A DNA stretch of 64,000 nucleotides from Opitutia bacterium (GTDB lineage: Bacteria > Verrucomicrobiota > Verrucomicrobiia > Opitutales > Opitutaceae): the NCBI GenBank assembly GCA_947478395.1, contig CANJVR010000002.1:160001-224000 (forward strand), in the 5' to 3' direction. Each line of letters begins with the position of its first letter. Within the stretch, counting starts at the first letter, position 1. Below, piece by piece: positions 1-11,600 of the stretch. The notes below the pieces were generated by a model. It was not told the DNA's origin. It did no database searches and was given only the letters and a program-made list of their open reading frames with translations. The position numbers and the translations under genes were made by a program.

Positions 1-1267
1 CCGTCTCGGCGCCGCCGCGGGCCGGTGGCTGATTTCCCGTGGGACCGTGAACGCTCTGGTGGTGATCGGCCGCGACACCCGCGCGTCGGGCGAATCGCTG
101 ACCCGTGCCCTTGCGGCCGGTCTGAGCGCGCAAGGCGTCCAGCCGTGCGACCTGGGCATCCTGCCGACGCCGGCGGTTGCGCGCGCGGTCGTCACCGAGC
201 GGGCCGCGCTGGGGGTTGTTGTCACCGCTTCGCACAATTCGGCGGCGGACAACGGCATTAAGTTTTTCGGCGCGCACGGCGTGAAACTCACCGATGCCGA
301 CGAACTGCAGATCGAGTCGTGGCTGCGCGACGAAGCGTTGCCGACGGATTTTCAATTGGCGCCGTTGGCGGCCCGTCCAGCGATTGGCGCCTATGTTGCC
401 GCGATGGCAGCGTTGCTGCCGCCGCGCGCGCTGGCTGGCTGGCGCATTGTGTTGGACACCGCGCATGGCGCCACGGCGATGACGAGTCCGCTGGTTCTAC
501 GGGCGCTGGGGGCCGAGGTGATCGGAATCGGTGACGCGCCGGACGGGATGAATATCAACGCGGACGTGGGCAGCGAACATCCGGAGCAGCTCGCCGCCCG
601 CGTGATGGCGACCGGCGCGCAACTGGGGATCGCGCACGACGGCGACGGCGACCGCTGCGTGTTGTGCGATGAGACGGGATCGATTCTCGACGGCGACGAA
701 ATCCTCACCGTGCTCGCGACCCACGCGCAGGGGAAGGGGGCGTTGCAGGCTAACACTCTCGTCGTGACGGTGCAGAGCAATTTGGGTGTCGACGCCGCGC
801 TGGCTGCACTCGGCGGTCGAGTTCTGCGCACGGCGGTCGGCGATCGCTACGTGATCGAGAAGATGCGCGCGGCGGGTGCGACTCTTGGCGGCGAATCGAG
901 TGGTCATATTATTTGCGCCGACATTTCGCCAACAGGCGATGGTTTGGTGGCTGCGCTCAAGGTCATCGCAGTGATGCTCGCGACTTCGCAGCCGCTGTCG
1001 GAGCTGCGGAAGGTCTTGAAGAAATTTCCGCAGGTGAGTGCGACGCTCAAGGTGCGGGAGAAACGCGCGTTGAATTCGTTGACCGCGTTGGCGGCGGCGA
1101 TTCGTGCGCTCGAAACGGAACTGGGCGCTGCCGGCCGGGTGCTCGTGCGCTACTCCGGCACTGAGCCAAAGCTCAGATTTCTGGTGGAAGGCAGGGATCT
1201 CACGCAGGTGCGAGCGGGCCTCGATCGCATCGTAGCCGTCGCTCGCACTGAACTTGAAGTCCCCTGA
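1..1267 (+). CDS. glmM: Phosphoglucosamine mutase (5'-truncated by window edge)
   Basis: Frame is open from base 2. Motifs GRDTR, TASHN (phosphoserine), DGDGDR (metal loop), GGESSGH and RYSGTEP. Confidence 0.93.
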   Translation, partial: RLGAAAGRWLISRGTVNALVVIGRDTRASGESLTRALAAGLSAQGVQPCDLGILPTPAVARAVVTERAALGVVVTASHNSAADNGIKFFGAHGVKLTDADELQIESWLRDEALPTDFQLAPLAARPAIGAYVAAMAALLPPRALAGWRIVLDTAHGATAMTSPLVLRALGAEVIGIGDAPDGMNINADVGSEHPEQLAARVMATGAQLGIAHDGDGDRCVLCDETGSILDGDEILTVLATHAQGKGALQANTLVVTVQSNLGVDAALAALGGRVLRTAVGDRYVIEKMRAAGATLGGESSGHIICADISPTGDGLVAALKVIAVMLATSQPLSELRKVLKKFPQVSATLKVREKRALNSLTALAAAIRALETELGAAGRVLVRYSGTEPKLRFLVEGRDLTQVRAGLDRIVAVARTELEVP

Positions 1268-1452
1268 AAATATCGATCGGCCAATTTGATGGCTGAACCC
1301 CCAGTCCGAAGCGGGCGCGCGCGAAAACTCGAGCCGTAGCGGCCCCTTTGACTTTCGCGCGCGGACGGCAAACAGCCCGGGCTTGGCCTCTGGCTCGTCG
1401 CTGACATCTAGCGTTGACCCGTTTCGCGGCTCGACTTCGATCCGGTTCCCGT

Positions 1453-2844
1453 ATGCCCGAAGTTTCCGTCGCTGCGCTCGACGTCCGCCAACAAAAGCTG
1501 ATCGAAAACGCGCGTACCGCGCTCGATCGCGGCCAACTTGACTACACGCTCGACGCTTGCACGCAGGTGCTCCGAGCAGTGCCCGGATGCCTGCCGGTGC
1601 GACGACTCCAGCGCATCGCGCAGCTGAAGGCGTTTCGGGAAAAAGGTAAGTTCGGCGTCAAGGCGTGGGGCGGATTTTCCACGGCGCCCTTTTTCTTTGC
1701 TGGTCGCAAGGATCCCGCGAAGACGCTGGAGCTGGCGGAAGACTCGCTGGCGAAAGACCCGACGAGCGTGCCGGCGCTTAAACTTCTGGCCGAGGCGGCG
1801 GGCGCGCTCGGTTTGCCTGAGACGGTGGCGTTCGCCCTCGATGCGATTCGCGAGTTGGAACCCACCAATCGCGCCAATCTTCTCGCGCTCGGTGAAGCCT
1901 GGCTGGCGGCGGGAAAACCAGCGGACGCGTTAAAGATCGTCGATCTCATGCTTGCGGCCAAGCCGGCCGACGCCGAGGCGCAGGCGCTGATGCGCAAGGC
2001 CTCGATCGCGCAAACGGTGACGAAGGGAAATTGGGATGTGAAAGGCACGTTCCGCGATAAGTTGCGCGACGAGTCGCAGGCCGTGTCGCTCGAACAGGCC
2101 AACAAAGTCGTCACGTCCGGCGAGATGACCCAGCGCCTTCTCGACGAAGCAATCGCGCGCGTGAAAAGCGAGCCGACCAATCTCAATCACTACCGCGCGG
2201 TGGTGCAGGGCTATCGTCAGCTCGGCCGTATCGACGATGCCCTCACGTGGGTGCGCCAGGCCCGGCAGTTGCCGTCGGCGGCGGCCGACGTGTCCTTTGA
2301 AAAACTGGAATTCGAACTGGAAACGTTGTTGCTCAGCGCCCGCTTGAAAACCGCTGAGGCGGCGCAGACCGCCGCACCGGGCGATACCGTACTCGGCGAA
2401 CAAGTAGCCGCGGCCAAGGCGGCCCTCGCCGCCTGGCGTCTGGCTGAGGCGAAGCGCACCGTGGAGCGTTATCCAAACGATTATCCGGCCCGCCAGGCGC
2501 TGGGGGAATTGTTGATGTCCGCGGGAGAGATCGACGCCGCCCTCGCGCAATTTCAGCAGGCGCAAAAAGGCCCGCCGGTACGCATCGCCGCGCTCTGTGG
2601 TCTCGGCCGCGGATTCAAAGCGAAGAAATTGTACGATCTCGCCGTCACGCAATTCACGACCCTGAAAGCCGAGCTCGGGCCGCTCGACGAGGTGAAGAAG
2701 GACGTACTCTACGAACTGGGCACCTGCCTCGAAGCAATGGGCCGGCGCGACGATGCGATCGCGGAATTCAAGATCATCTACAGTGAGGATATCGGTTTTC
2801 GCGACGTCGCTGATAAAGTGAACGCGTTCTACGCGAAGACCTGA
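1453..2844 (+). CDS. Tetratricopeptide-repeat protein
   Basis: Helical A/L/G-periodic TPR units; C-terminal 'KDVLYELG..LE.MG...AIAEFK.IY..DIGFRDV' pattern. ATG at 1453 chosen. Confidence 0.8.
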   Translation: MPEVSVAALDVRQQKLIENARTALDRGQLDYTLDACTQVLRAVPGCLPVRRLQRIAQLKAFREKGKFGVKAWGGFSTAPFFFAGRKDPAKTLELAEDSLAKDPTSVPALKLLAEAAGALGLPETVAFALDAIRELEPTNRANLLALGEAWLAAGKPADALKIVDLMLAAKPADAEAQALMRKASIAQTVTKGNWDVKGTFRDKLRDESQAVSLEQANKVVTSGEMTQRLLDEAIARVKSEPTNLNHYRAVVQGYRQLGRIDDALTWVRQARQLPSAAADVSFEKLEFELETLLLSARLKTAEAAQTAAPGDTVLGEQVAAAKAALAAWRLAEAKRTVERYPNDYPARQALGELLMSAGEIDAALAQFQQAQKGPPVRIAALCGLGRGFKAKKLYDLAVTQFTTLKAELGPLDEVKKDVLYELGTCLEAMGRRDDAIAEFKIIYSEDIGFRDVADKVNAFYAKT

Positions 2845-2897
2845 GGCGTTTTTTTGCCGTCATTCCTCCGCTTATTTTGATCGCCCGTTTTATCCCC

Positions 2898-3974
2898 ATG
2901 AAAATCCCACGTATCCCCGTCAGTCTCGTCGCTGTCGCCTGTCTTTCGATGGCGGCTTATGCCAACAGCCAGAACAAGGCGCTCGATGTTTATTGGATCG
3001 ATTCCGAAGGCGGCGGCTCGACGCTGATCGTCACGCCGACGAATGAGTCGGTCCTCATCGACGCCGGCAACCCCGGCGGTCGCGACCCGGCTCGCATCGT
3101 GGCGGCGGTCAAGGCGGCCGGGCTGACGAAGATCGATTACCTGCTCATCACGCACTGGCACGGCGATCATTTTGGCGGTTCGGCGGAATTGGCGGAGCTG
3201 ATCCCGATCGGCACGATCTATCAACGTGCGATCCCGGAGGGCGATCCCGACGGGAAAACCGCGACGACTTTTCCGCTGCGGAGCAAATCGTTCAAGGCGA
3301 TCCCGGCGAAGCGCGAGGCGCTTGCTCCGGGCGTCGTTATTCCCGTCCACGGTGTCGCGGGTGGAGCTCGCCTTGAGATCCGCTGCCTAGCCGCGGACCA
3401 AAAATTTATCGAACCGACGGCGGCTCAGCGCGCGGCGAAGCCGCAGGATTTGGGCACGGCGTCCGCTCATCCGCCTGAGACCGACATCGATAACGACAAC
3501 AGTGCGGTGTTCCTGGTCTCGTTCGGCGACTTCCGGTTTTTCGACGGCGGCGATCTCACCTGGGCTCATGAGCCAAAGCTCGTGCAGCCGGTGAATCTGG
3601 TGGGCTCCGTCGATGTATATCAGACGAATCACCACGGGCTCAATCGCAGCAATAACCCAATCTTTGTCCGCGGAATTTCTCCCACGGTTTCAGTCATGAA
3701 CAATGGCCCGCGCAAAGGCGGCAGCGCGGAGATACTCGCGATGCTCAAGGAGCTGCCGTCACTCAAGGCCAGTTATCAGCTGCACAAGAGCATGAATGTT
3801 CCGCCCGCCGACAATCCGCCCGACGCCTTCATCGCCAATCTCGAAGAGGCGAAGCCCGCGGACAAATGCCCGGCGAACACAATCCAGATGTCGGTCGCAC
3901 CCGACGGTAAGAATTACACGATCTCGATTCCGGCCAACGGGCATTCGACGACCTACGCGACAAAGGCAAAATAA
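2898..3974 (+). CDS. Secreted metallo-beta-lactamase-fold hydrolase (ComEC/Rec2-like MBL domain)
   Basis: Signal peptide; LIDAG, THWHGDHFGG (HxHxDH), NDNS, GGD and HHG motifs. Confidence 0.85.
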   Translation: MKIPRIPVSLVAVACLSMAAYANSQNKALDVYWIDSEGGGSTLIVTPTNESVLIDAGNPGGRDPARIVAAVKAAGLTKIDYLLITHWHGDHFGGSAELAELIPIGTIYQRAIPEGDPDGKTATTFPLRSKSFKAIPAKREALAPGVVIPVHGVAGGARLEIRCLAADQKFIEPTAAQRAAKPQDLGTASAHPPETDIDNDNSAVFLVSFGDFRFFDGGDLTWAHEPKLVQPVNLVGSVDVYQTNHHGLNRSNNPIFVRGISPTVSVMNNGPRKGGSAEILAMLKELPSLKASYQLHKSMNVPPADNPPDAFIANLEEAKPADKCPANTIQMSVAPDGKNYTISIPANGHSTTYATKAK

Positions 3975-4063
3975 GCCGACCGCGTCGGCCGACGACCTCC
4001 CGCGGGCATCGGCCGCGAACTATTCGTCCCATTCGGTTTTGCTCAAGCGGAGTGAGCCGGCCC

Positions 4064-4101
4064 AAAAAAACGGCGCGCTGGAAACAGCGCGCCGTTTTTT
4101 T
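4064..4101. terminator. Bidirectional rho-independent terminator
   Basis: aaaaaaacggcgcgctg-gaaa-cagcgcgccgttttttt: perfect stem flanked by A and T tracts, between convergent genes. Confidence 0.9.
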
Positions 4102-4234
4102 ATAGCCTCGCTCATTCCGCTGGTCGGGCCGGTTGTTCTGCGCGCGGAATTAAGCCCAGCGACCAGCGGCTGGTCCTCCTCTGCGGTGGAGCGTCGTTGG
4201 CTCGCAGCGCACGATGCGCAACGGTACCGCTCGC

Positions 4235-5071
4235 TCAGGGCGTAGCTGGCATAGGAGCCGGTGGCGACTTAAGCGGCCCGATGCGCTTCGAATCAAAGGC
4301 GACGTTGTCGTAATAAACATCCAGGCCGTCGGGCACCTGACCAAAGGTGCGTACGCCAAAGCCGAAGTCGGCAAAGCCTTTGACCAGGTTCGTGTTTCCA
4401 AACGTTTTGAACGTGAAGACGTCTTTGCTGACCTCTTCGCCGTCGGCCCAGACGGTGAGCGAGTCGGGCGCGTCGTTGACTTCCCATTCGAGGCAGAACC
4501 ACTTGCCGGTTGGCAGGGTCTTGCCAAACGCCACGGCTTCGCCGCGCGCTTCGCGGGCCAGGCCCTGCATCTGCTGTTGATACGAAGTTTGGACCGCGCC
4601 CTTGTACATACCGACCTCGAGCCAGTTGGACTGGGGCCAGCCGGCGGTGCCGGAGTACGTGAGCACGGTGTGCTGCGGAGGACCGTTGGGTGAAATGTAA
4701 ACGTAAGCGCGACCGAACGCATGGCTGGAAAGCGCGTCCGGCAGACGCGTCGTGCCGACGAGCGCGATCGAGCGATTGACCGCGGCAGGAAGGTGCGCCT
4801 GCAGAACATATTTTCCATAGCCACCTTTGCCTTGCACAAGAGTAACGGTGCCGCCGTTGGCGACGTGAGGAGTCCAGATATCGGTTTTCAATTCGCCCGA
4901 CTCAAAATCATCGTTGAACGGAAGCGCGAGCGGCGGACCTTTTGCGACGGGAGCCGCGGGGGCGGCGGGAGCGACGTCCGCCCCGTTGATTGATAGAGGC
5001 GTGAGCACGTACATTAAGCCCGCACAAAGCGATGCGGCGCCGAGGGTGGAGATGATTTTTTTATTTAGCAT
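4235..5071 (-). CDS. Secreted beta-sandwich protein, Cip1-like / ConA-lyase-like fold
   Basis: Signal peptide and Pro/Ala linker, then DDFESG..W...GGTVTL, GTTRLP, GRAY, TLPTGKWFCLEW, W.DG and YYDNVAFDSKRIG. Confidence 0.65.
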   Translation of the reverse strand: MLNKKIISTLGAASLCAGLMYVLTPLSINGADVAPAAPAAPVAKGPPLALPFNDDFESGELKTDIWTPHVANGGTVTLVQGKGGYGKYVLQAHLPAAVNRSIALVGTTRLPDALSSHAFGRAYVYISPNGPPQHTVLTYSGTAGWPQSNWLEVGMYKGAVQTSYQQQMQGLAREARGEAVAFGKTLPTGKWFCLEWEVNDAPDSLTVWADGEEVSKDVFTFKTFGNTNLVKGFADFGFGVRTFGQVPDGLDVYYDNVAFDSKRIGPLKSPPAPMPATP

Positions 5072-5364
5072 GGGGAGGGGATGAGGGGGCGGAGTTATGG
5101 ATCGGAGGACTTTCAGGATCAAGGCCACAACCCACCGATCGCTGCGGTAATCTGCCCGGGCCGATTTCATTAACTTAAAATCATGCCTAACCTTGGCGAT
5201 CATGGCATGACCGACGCAGGTTAACGGTATCGGGCCAGACCAAGCGACCAGCGGACGAAACAGCCCTCCCGGCTTCGTTAAAACTCCGGTGCCTCCGCTC
5301 TGCACCGGATCAATCCGGTTGTTTGATTTTGAACCGAACCGATTATCCAGGGGCGGTGACCGCT

Positions 5365-8271
5365 TCAGTCAGCCTTTGCCGCTTCAGTGAACGCTTCCAT
5401 ACCCACGCACGAGCAGATGAGATTGCGGTCGCCGTAGACGTTGTCGACTCGACCCACGCTCGGCCAGAATTTGCTGGCTCGCGTCCATGAGGCGGGAAAC
5501 GCGGCGAGATCGCGCGAGTAGGGACGATCCCAATCGTCCGAGCAGACGGCCTTCGCCGTGTGCGGCGCGTGCTTCAGCGGATTGTTCGTTTTGTCGGATT
5601 CGCCGTTCACCACCGCTTGCATCTCGCCGTGGATGGAAATCATCGCGTCGCAAAACCGGTCTAGTTCGCTCTGCGCCTCGCTCTCGGTCGGCTCGATCAT
5701 GAACGTGCCTGGGACGGGAAACGACATCGTCGGAGCGTGATAGCCATAATCCATCAGGCGTTTCGCCGCATCCTCGACTTCGACGCCGTGTTTTTTCCAG
5801 CCGCGAAGATCGACGATGCATTCGTGAGCGATCAAACCCGCGTTGCCGCGGTAGAGCACCGGGAAGAAACGCCCGAGACGTTGCGCGACGTAGTTGGCCT
5901 TGAGAATGGCGTGCTGGGTTGCCGCGGTGAGGCCGTCGGGGCCCATCATGCGAATATACATCCAGGAAATAACGAGGATGCTGGCGCTGCCGTAAGGCGC
6001 GGCGGAAACCGCGCCGGGTTTTGAGATTTGGGTTTTGAGTTTTGGGTTGCCGGATGTTTCCCCGCAGATGTGACCGGGCAAGTAGGGCACCAGATGCGCT
6101 GCGACGCCGATCGGACCCATGCCAGGACCGCCGCCGCCATGGGGAATGCAAAAAGTTTTGTGTAGATTGAGATGGCAGACATCCGCTCCGATGTGACCGG
6201 GTGAGGTCAGGCCGACTTGGGCGTTCATGTTCGCTCCATCCATGTACACTTGTCCGCCGTGCGCGTGAATGGTGGCGCAGATATCCTTGATCGCATTTTC
6301 GAACACCCCGTGCGTCGACGGGTAGGTCACCATGAGCGCGGCGAGATTTTTTGAGTGCGCGCTCGCCTTGGCCGTGAGGTCAGCGAGGTCGATATTGCCG
6401 TTGGCGTCGCACGCCACCGGCACGACCGTGAAGCCACACATCGAAGCCGTGGCGGGATTCGTACCGTGGGCACTGGTGGGAATCAGGCACACGTTGCGGT
6501 GGCCCTCACCGCGGGCCTGATGGTGGGCTCGAATCACCAGCAAGCCGGCGTACTCGCCTTGCGAGCCGGCATTCGGTTGCAGCGAGATCCCGGCGAAACC
6601 GGTGATCTCGGCGAGCCAGGCTTCGAGGTCTTGGAAAATCCGCGCATAGCCGCGTGTTTGTTCCGCCGGCGCGAAGGGATGGAGTTTTCCGATCTCGGGC
6701 CATGAGACGGGAAACATCTCCGATGTGGCGTTCAGCTTCATCGTGCACGAACCGAGCGAAATCATCGAGTGGCACAGCGAGAGATCCTTGGCCTCGAGCC
6801 GCTTGATGTAGCGGAGCATCTCGTGCTCGGTGTGGTAGCGGTTAAATGTCTCGGCGGTGAGAAAGGCGGAATTCCGCGCGCAGGACGAAGCGAAGCTCGC
6901 TAGTTTTTCGTCGAACGCCGACGGTTGCAGTTCCGCGGCGGCAGCTTCGCTGAAGAAAGATAGCAAGGTGCGCACGTCGTCCACCGTGGTGGTTTCGTCG
7001 AGCGAAAGACCCACCGTGTGGGCGTCCATGTGACGCAAATTGAATTTTTTGGCTTCGGCGGCCGCGTGCACGCGAGCGGCGGCGACGTTCGAGACCGTCA
7101 GCGTATCGAAAACCGGCTCGACGTTCACGCGGGCGCCGGCGGCTCGGAGGCCGGCCATCAAAATTTCGGTGAGAAATTTTACGCGCCGGGCGATCCGGCG
7201 GAGTCCTTCGGGTCCGTGATACACGGCGTACATCGAGGCCATGACGGCGAGCAGGACTTGGGCAGTGCAGATGTTGGACGTCGCCTTGTCGCGGCGGATG
7301 TGTTGCTCGCGCGTGCCGAGGGCGAGGCGCAGCGCGGGATCGCCCTGCGTGTCCTTGGAAACACCCACGAGACGTCCGGGCATTTGACGTTTGAATGCAT
7401 CCTTCGTGGCGAGGAAACCCGCGTGCGGTCCGCCGCAGCCGAGCGGCACGCCAAAACGCTGGGCCGAGCCCACGGCCACATCCGCCCCAAATTCGCCGGG
7501 CGGGCGGAGCAGGGTAAGAGCGAGCAGGTCGGTCGCTACGATGGTGAAGGCACCCGCGGCGTGAGCGGCCGTGAAGAATTGCTCGAAGTCGTGAATCGAG
7601 CCGGTGGTGTCCGGATATTGCACGAGCACGCCGAAGCAATCCGAGGTCGGGGCGAACGTGCGGTGGTCGCCCACGATTACATCGATGCCAAGCGGCGTCG
7701 CTCGGGTCTTAACGATGTCGAGCGTTTGCGGGTGACATTTTTCCGAAACGAAAAACCGGCGGTGCGCGGTCGCCGCGCCTTCCTTGAGGCGGTGGCACAT
7801 GGTCATCGCCTCGGCGGCGGCCGTCCCTTCGTCGAGCATGGAAGCGTTGGCGATTTCCAAGCCGGTGAGATCGGTCACGAGCGTTTGAAAATTCAGCAGA
7901 GCCTCGAGCCGGCCTTGGGAAATCTCCGCCTGGTACGGCGTGTAGGCCGTGTACCAGCCGGGATTTTCCAGGATTGTGCGCTGGATAACGCCGGGCGTGT
8001 GTGTGTCGTAATAGCCGGCGCCGATGCAGCTGCGGAAAACTTTATTTTCGCTCGCGATGCCCTTGAGCTCTGCGAGCGCCGCCGTTTCGCCGAGAGCCGC
8101 GGGCAGATTGAGTGGACCGCGCCGAATGTGCGGCGGTACGGCGGCATTCACCAAGGCCTCAACGGAAGGGTATCCCAGTAACTCGAGCATCGCGGTCGTT
8201 TCGGCGGGTGTGTCGCCCGTGTGGCGGCGCGCAAACGTATCGGTGGGGGCGAGTAGGTCGAGGGAGGCCAT
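5365..8271 (-). CDS. gcvP: Glycine dehydrogenase (decarboxylating), single-chain P protein
   Basis: [45 protein letters not shown] and [18 protein letters not shown] (PLP Lys). Confidence 0.97.
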   Translation of the reverse strand: MASLDLLAPTDTFARRHTGDTPAETTAMLELLGYPSVEALVNAAVPPHIRRGPLNLPAALGETAALAELKGIASENKVFRSCIGAGYYDTHTPGVIQRTILENPGWYTAYTPYQAEISQGRLEALLNFQTLVTDLTGLEIANASMLDEGTAAAEAMTMCHRLKEGAATAHRRFFVSEKCHPQTLDIVKTRATPLGIDVIVGDHRTFAPTSDCFGVLVQYPDTTGSIHDFEQFFTAAHAAGAFTIVATDLLALTLLRPPGEFGADVAVGSAQRFGVPLGCGGPHAGFLATKDAFKRQMPGRLVGVSKDTQGDPALRLALGTREQHIRRDKATSNICTAQVLLAVMASMYAVYHGPEGLRRIARRVKFLTEILMAGLRAAGARVNVEPVFDTLTVSNVAAARVHAAAEAKKFNLRHMDAHTVGLSLDETTTVDDVRTLLSFFSEAAAAELQPSAFDEKLASFASSCARNSAFLTAETFNRYHTEHEMLRYIKRLEAKDLSLCHSMISLGSCTMKLNATSEMFPVSWPEIGKLHPFAPAEQTRGYARIFQDLEAWLAEITGFAGISLQPNAGSQGEYAGLLVIRAHHQARGEGHRNVCLIPTSAHGTNPATASMCGFTVVPVACDANGNIDLADLTAKASAHSKNLAALMVTYPSTHGVFENAIKDICATIHAHGGQVYMDGANMNAQVGLTSPGHIGADVCHLNLHKTFCIPHGGGGPGMGPIGVAAHLVPYLPGHICGETSGNPKLKTQISKPGAVSAAPYGSASILVISWMYIRMMGPDGLTAATQHAILKANYVAQRLGRFFPVLYRGNAGLIAHECIVDLRGWKKHGVEVEDAAKRLMDYGYHAPTMSFPVPGTFMIEPTESEAQSELDRFCDAMISIHGEMQAVVNGESDKTNNPLKHAPHTAKAVCSDDWDRPYSRDLAAFPASWTRASKFWPSVGRVDNVYGDRNLICSCVGMEAFTEAAKAD
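6016..6048. repeat. Heptamer tandem repeat (gggtttt/gagtttt) inside gcvP
   Basis: gggtttt gagattt gggtttt gagtttt gggtt; encodes [11 protein letters not shown] on the minus strand. Confidence 0.7.
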
Positions 8272-8642
8272 GAATGGATCGGGCAACGGTAGGCGCGTCA
8301 TCACATCGCGCAATCGCGATTTGGAACGCCGGAGATTCAGTTGGTCTGCTGATGTGTTTCGTGTCGCGGCGTAATCGATGCCCAAAGTTTACCTCGCGCG
8401 TCCCGACCGCATTTCGGCCATCGATTTAGCAACCGGGCGGGCAGCGGAAACGCTTCGCAGCCTATCGGAATAACAATTCGCCTGCGGATCAGTCCGTTGG
8501 GGCGCGCTGGCCGGTATTCTTATCCGCTGCACCGGTGCCGCGACCCTCAGTCGCTCGCCGGCGCGCATGCGTGCACGGGGTCTTGACTCATTTGTCACGC
8601 CGCTGACGCGGCTTCGTCACGCGCCCACCCTAAATTCGTTCG

Positions 8643-11600
8643 GTGAAGCCACCACACCACGATAAAATTTCTCATTTTGCGGCGACGACCGCGCTATTTT
8701 TGACGTTCGCCGCGCTCGCCTTTTCGGCGGATGCGCGCGACGCCGCAGCCAGCCGACAAAAAGATGCCCCCGAAAAGGAGGTCGTTTCACTTCAAAGCTA
8801 CGTCGTGACGGGTTCCAATATTCGACGGCTCGACATGGAGAAGGTCGCGCCGATCACCGTGCTCAACACCGCAGCGATCGAGACGCGGAACGCCCTTACA
8901 CCGGTCGATCTCCTGACGTCGTTGCCGCAGGTCATCAGCCTCCCGGAAAACGAGACCCGGACGGGCTCTTCGGGCGCGCGCGGCGACAATGCCAACATCA
9001 ATTTCCGCAACCTCGGTGCCACGGCCACGCTGATTCTGGTGGACGGCCGTCGGATGGCGATCAACCCGATGACCGCCGGTCTTTCGCAGGCGGTGAACGT
9101 CAACCAACTCCCGAACCAAGGCATCGACCGCATCGAGGTGCTGCGCGATGGGGCGTCGTCGGTTTATGGCTCCGACGCCGTGGCCGGGGTGGTGAACTAC
9201 GTCATGCGTCGCGATTATCGCGGCACGGAGCTCACGGTGCGTCATGGTCGTCCCGAGCATGGTGGCGGCGAGTTCAGCGAGGCCACGCTGATGTTCGGCA
9301 CGCCTTTCGCCTCCGGTAAGGGGCGGCTCGTGTTGACGCTCGAGGGATTTTATCGCGAGGCGATCTACCTGCGTGATCGTGGCTACGCGCGCGTTTCGAA
9401 CACCACCGATCGGGCGCCCGCGCCATTCAATGTGCTCGGCAGTGCGTTTGATGCGCGCTCCGCCCGTGGATATTTCCCGCAGTTCCTCGTCGGCACCGCG
9501 ACGACCAATAATTACCTGAAGCTCGTCAGCGGCGTGCCCACACTCACGACCGTGGCGCCAACCCGCGCGGCTAACCCCGAATACTATCTCGACCTTAATC
9601 TCTTCACGATGGCGCAGCCCCGGGCGAAGCGCACCAACTCGTTTGCGACCGTCGAATTTGATCTCGCTCCGCAGGTCACCGCGTTCGCCGATTTTGGTTA
9701 CTATCGTTCGATCTCAACGATGGTGCGTCAGCCGCTGGCGCTTAACGCGCCGACCACCGACGCCTATGCGGTGTTGGCGGTGGACAATCCCTTCAATCCC
9801 TACGGCTCGCGCTTCTACGACGCCGCTGGTGCGTCCAACGCCGATGGCACGGCGCGTCTGACCGGTGCGCCGCGCACGGTGAGCCTGATTTCGGAAACAA
9901 TTCTCGATTTGCCGGTGGAGGAAATCAAAACGACCAACGATGCCGTGCGCGTGACCGCCGGCCTCAAGGGAAAACTCCCGCGCGACTGGTCGTGGGAAAG
10001 CGCTGGTTTTTTCAACCGCGTGCGCGGTCGCGACGATGGCAAGAACGACGTGCGCGAAAGTCTCTTCCAGTCCGCCCTTCAGCGCACCGACGCAGCCGCG
10101 TTCAACCCATTCGGCTACACCTTCAAGGTCGCTAACGGCGCCGTCGTGGTCGATCAGCCTTACAAGAATCCCAAGGCGGTCGTGGATGGTTTTGCGCGTC
10201 TCTTCTCGCGCACCGCTCAAAGTTACATTGCGAGTTGGGATGCTCACGCGACGGGTTCATTGTTGTCACTCTGGAGCGGCGATCTCCGCGCTGCGTTTGG
10301 CGCCGAGTATCGGCGCGAGGACCTCAAGGACTTGCGTCCTCCGTTCAGCGGCGAAAATCCCGCGGGCTCCGGTCTCGATCCGCTCAACAACGATTTCATT
10401 CTTCATCCGGCGCGGCCCGACGTGCGCGGCAATCGCTCCGTCACGAGCTTCTACGCGGAAACGGTGATCCCAATCGTCGCGCCGAAAAATAATATTCCGC
10501 TTTTCAATACCCTCGAGTTCACCGTCTCCGCGCGCCACGAAAAATACAGCGACTTCGGTGATACCACGAAGCCCAAGTACGGCGTCAATTGGCGTCCGCT
10601 CGCCGGCGTGATGCTGCGCGGTTCGTACAATGAGGGCTTCATGGCGCCGAGTCTCGCCGCGCTCTACACGAGTCCCCGCTGGAGCATTAGCGCCGGCGCC
10701 GGTGACATTGATCCTTATCGCAATCCTGTCACCAACGAGGGTCCGTACATTGCGCGTAATTATTTCGGCGGCAGTCCGACGCTGAAGGCCGCGGAATCGA
10801 AAGGTAAGACCGGGGGTATCGTCCTCGACGTGCCGTTCGTGAAGGGCCTCAGTGTCACGGCCGACTATTGGCAGGTGCGCCGCGTAAATCTCCTCGGCCA
10901 GCGCAGCACAACGCAGGTTTACATCAGCGACGTCGCGCTCCTCCAAGCCTACACGAAAGCCCAGCTCGCCGCCGGCAAACCGATCGACCAAATCGATGTC
11001 GGCAGCGGTACCGCCAACTACAAAGGCGACCCCGATGTCGTGCGCCTCGTGCCGACGGCGGCGGACAGCGCGACTTTCGCATCCTACAACGCCGCGAATC
11101 CCGGCAACCCGCAGGCCCTCGCCGGCCGGATTTTCTCCAACAACACGCCGTTTGTTAATCTCGCGAGTAGCTACGACGAGGGCGTCGATCTCAGCCTGAA
11201 CTACGTCCTGCCAAAACTGCCGCTCGGAAATATTACGATCAACGCGGATTGGTCCTACCTGACCGCCTCGCGCTCGACCACGGCGCCCTCGAACGTGGCG
11301 GCGATCTCGACCGACAACGTAAACGTCGGCGGCAACTCCCGCTGGCGCGGCACCACGACGATCGCCTGGCGCAGTGGCAACTGGGCCGCCTCGCTCGGCG
11401 CTTATTTCATCGGCGCTTCGCAAGACACGGGCGCGACCACCACCGCCGCCGTGTGGGAATCGCTCGGCCGCCCCGGCTATTTAGAAAAACAGTTCAACGC
11501 CGGCACCTACACGTACCGGTACGTCATCCACGATTCGACGACGCTCAACGCCTCCTTCGCCTATCGTTTCAACGCCAACACGAGCGAGTGGCTCCGACGC

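Noticed and set aside
4158..5254. 12-bp direct repeat agcgaccagcgg (4158-4169, 5243-5254) flanking the Cip1-like gene
   Set aside because: Short GC-rich match with no terminal inverted repeats or recombinase; may be chance.
8272..8642. Glycine riboswitch upstream of gcvP
   Set aside because: Could not find the GGAGA / CCGAAG / CUCUCAGG aptamer motifs on the minus strand.
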